From the human T2T-CHM13v2.0 reference genome, Homo sapiens, in the NCBI RefSeq assembly GCF_009914755.1, contig NC_060928.1: DNA of 64,000 nt; one strand, given 5' to 3'. The translations under genes were made by a program, and so were the position numbers. Below, piece by piece: positions 63,523 through 64,000 of the stretch (position 1 is the first letter of the stretch; each line of letters begins with the position of its first letter). The notes under the pieces are model-generated. The model saw only the letters and a program-made list of their open reading frames with translations. It made no database searches and was not told where the DNA came from.

Positions 63523-64000
63523 TAGGAGCCCAGAAACTCAAACGCTTCTCAAACTCCCTTCCCCCTTGTGATGGCAGTTCCCTTTTCCTGTAAGGCAGCT
63601 TCCCTGGGAATTGTAAGGCCCCCAAAACTCATCCCGACCTAGCAGGGGTAGGTAGGAGGGGGAACCCAAGCTACCCTGCTTGGGAAAAAGAGACGAGGGA
63701 GAAGAGGAGGAGAAGGAAGAATTCAGGTGACTCCAGGGCTGCTGGGGCATCTCTCGTAATAAAATATACAATAGCAGAAGATTTTTTTTTTAATTAATAG
63801 AAATATACACGACATGGGCCTGAGATGCACGGGCTGGGCCGTGTTAAGAACAGATGGGTGCTCTGAATGGTCCCGTAAAATTCAGCTTCAAGACGTCAAA
63901 ACAACTTGGCCTTTCTGGGAAGTACATTGCCTCCTCTACCTCCCTCCTCTGGCAGTGACTTGGACCAGAGCTTCGTCTCATGGGTCCTCAGAGAGCACCA

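Overview
Human/hominoid genomic DNA, dense in Alu, L1, MIR, L2 and LTR repeats. I recognise it from memory as the 3' part of C4orf50 (4p16, between CRMP1 and JAKMIP1) on the minus strand. Six GT-AG exons (62069-61905, 57685-57629, 55593-55411, 49213-49165, 46895-46774, 41390-41139) join into one uninterrupted 828-nt frame: 275 aa plus TAA, coiled-coil-like at the N-terminal end, with the gene start right of the window. A long 3' UTR has AATAAA at 38897-38892. The MIR378D1 hairpin lies at 5035-5088 (-). Almost all other ORF-track entries are spurious or Alu-derived. I see no new multi-gene biological system. The most unusual feature is a ~156-bp inverted, templated copy of the C4orf50 3' UTR inserted into an Alu in the last intron, so that the two copies bracket the terminal coding exon. 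Also notable are a p53-element-bearing LTR10-like solo LTR, inverted Alu pairs around in-frame exons, a rearranged MADE1, and the MIR origin of the miR-378d sequence. Repeat family names come from recalled consensus sequences, not a RepeatMasker run, and boundaries of old repeats are approximate.
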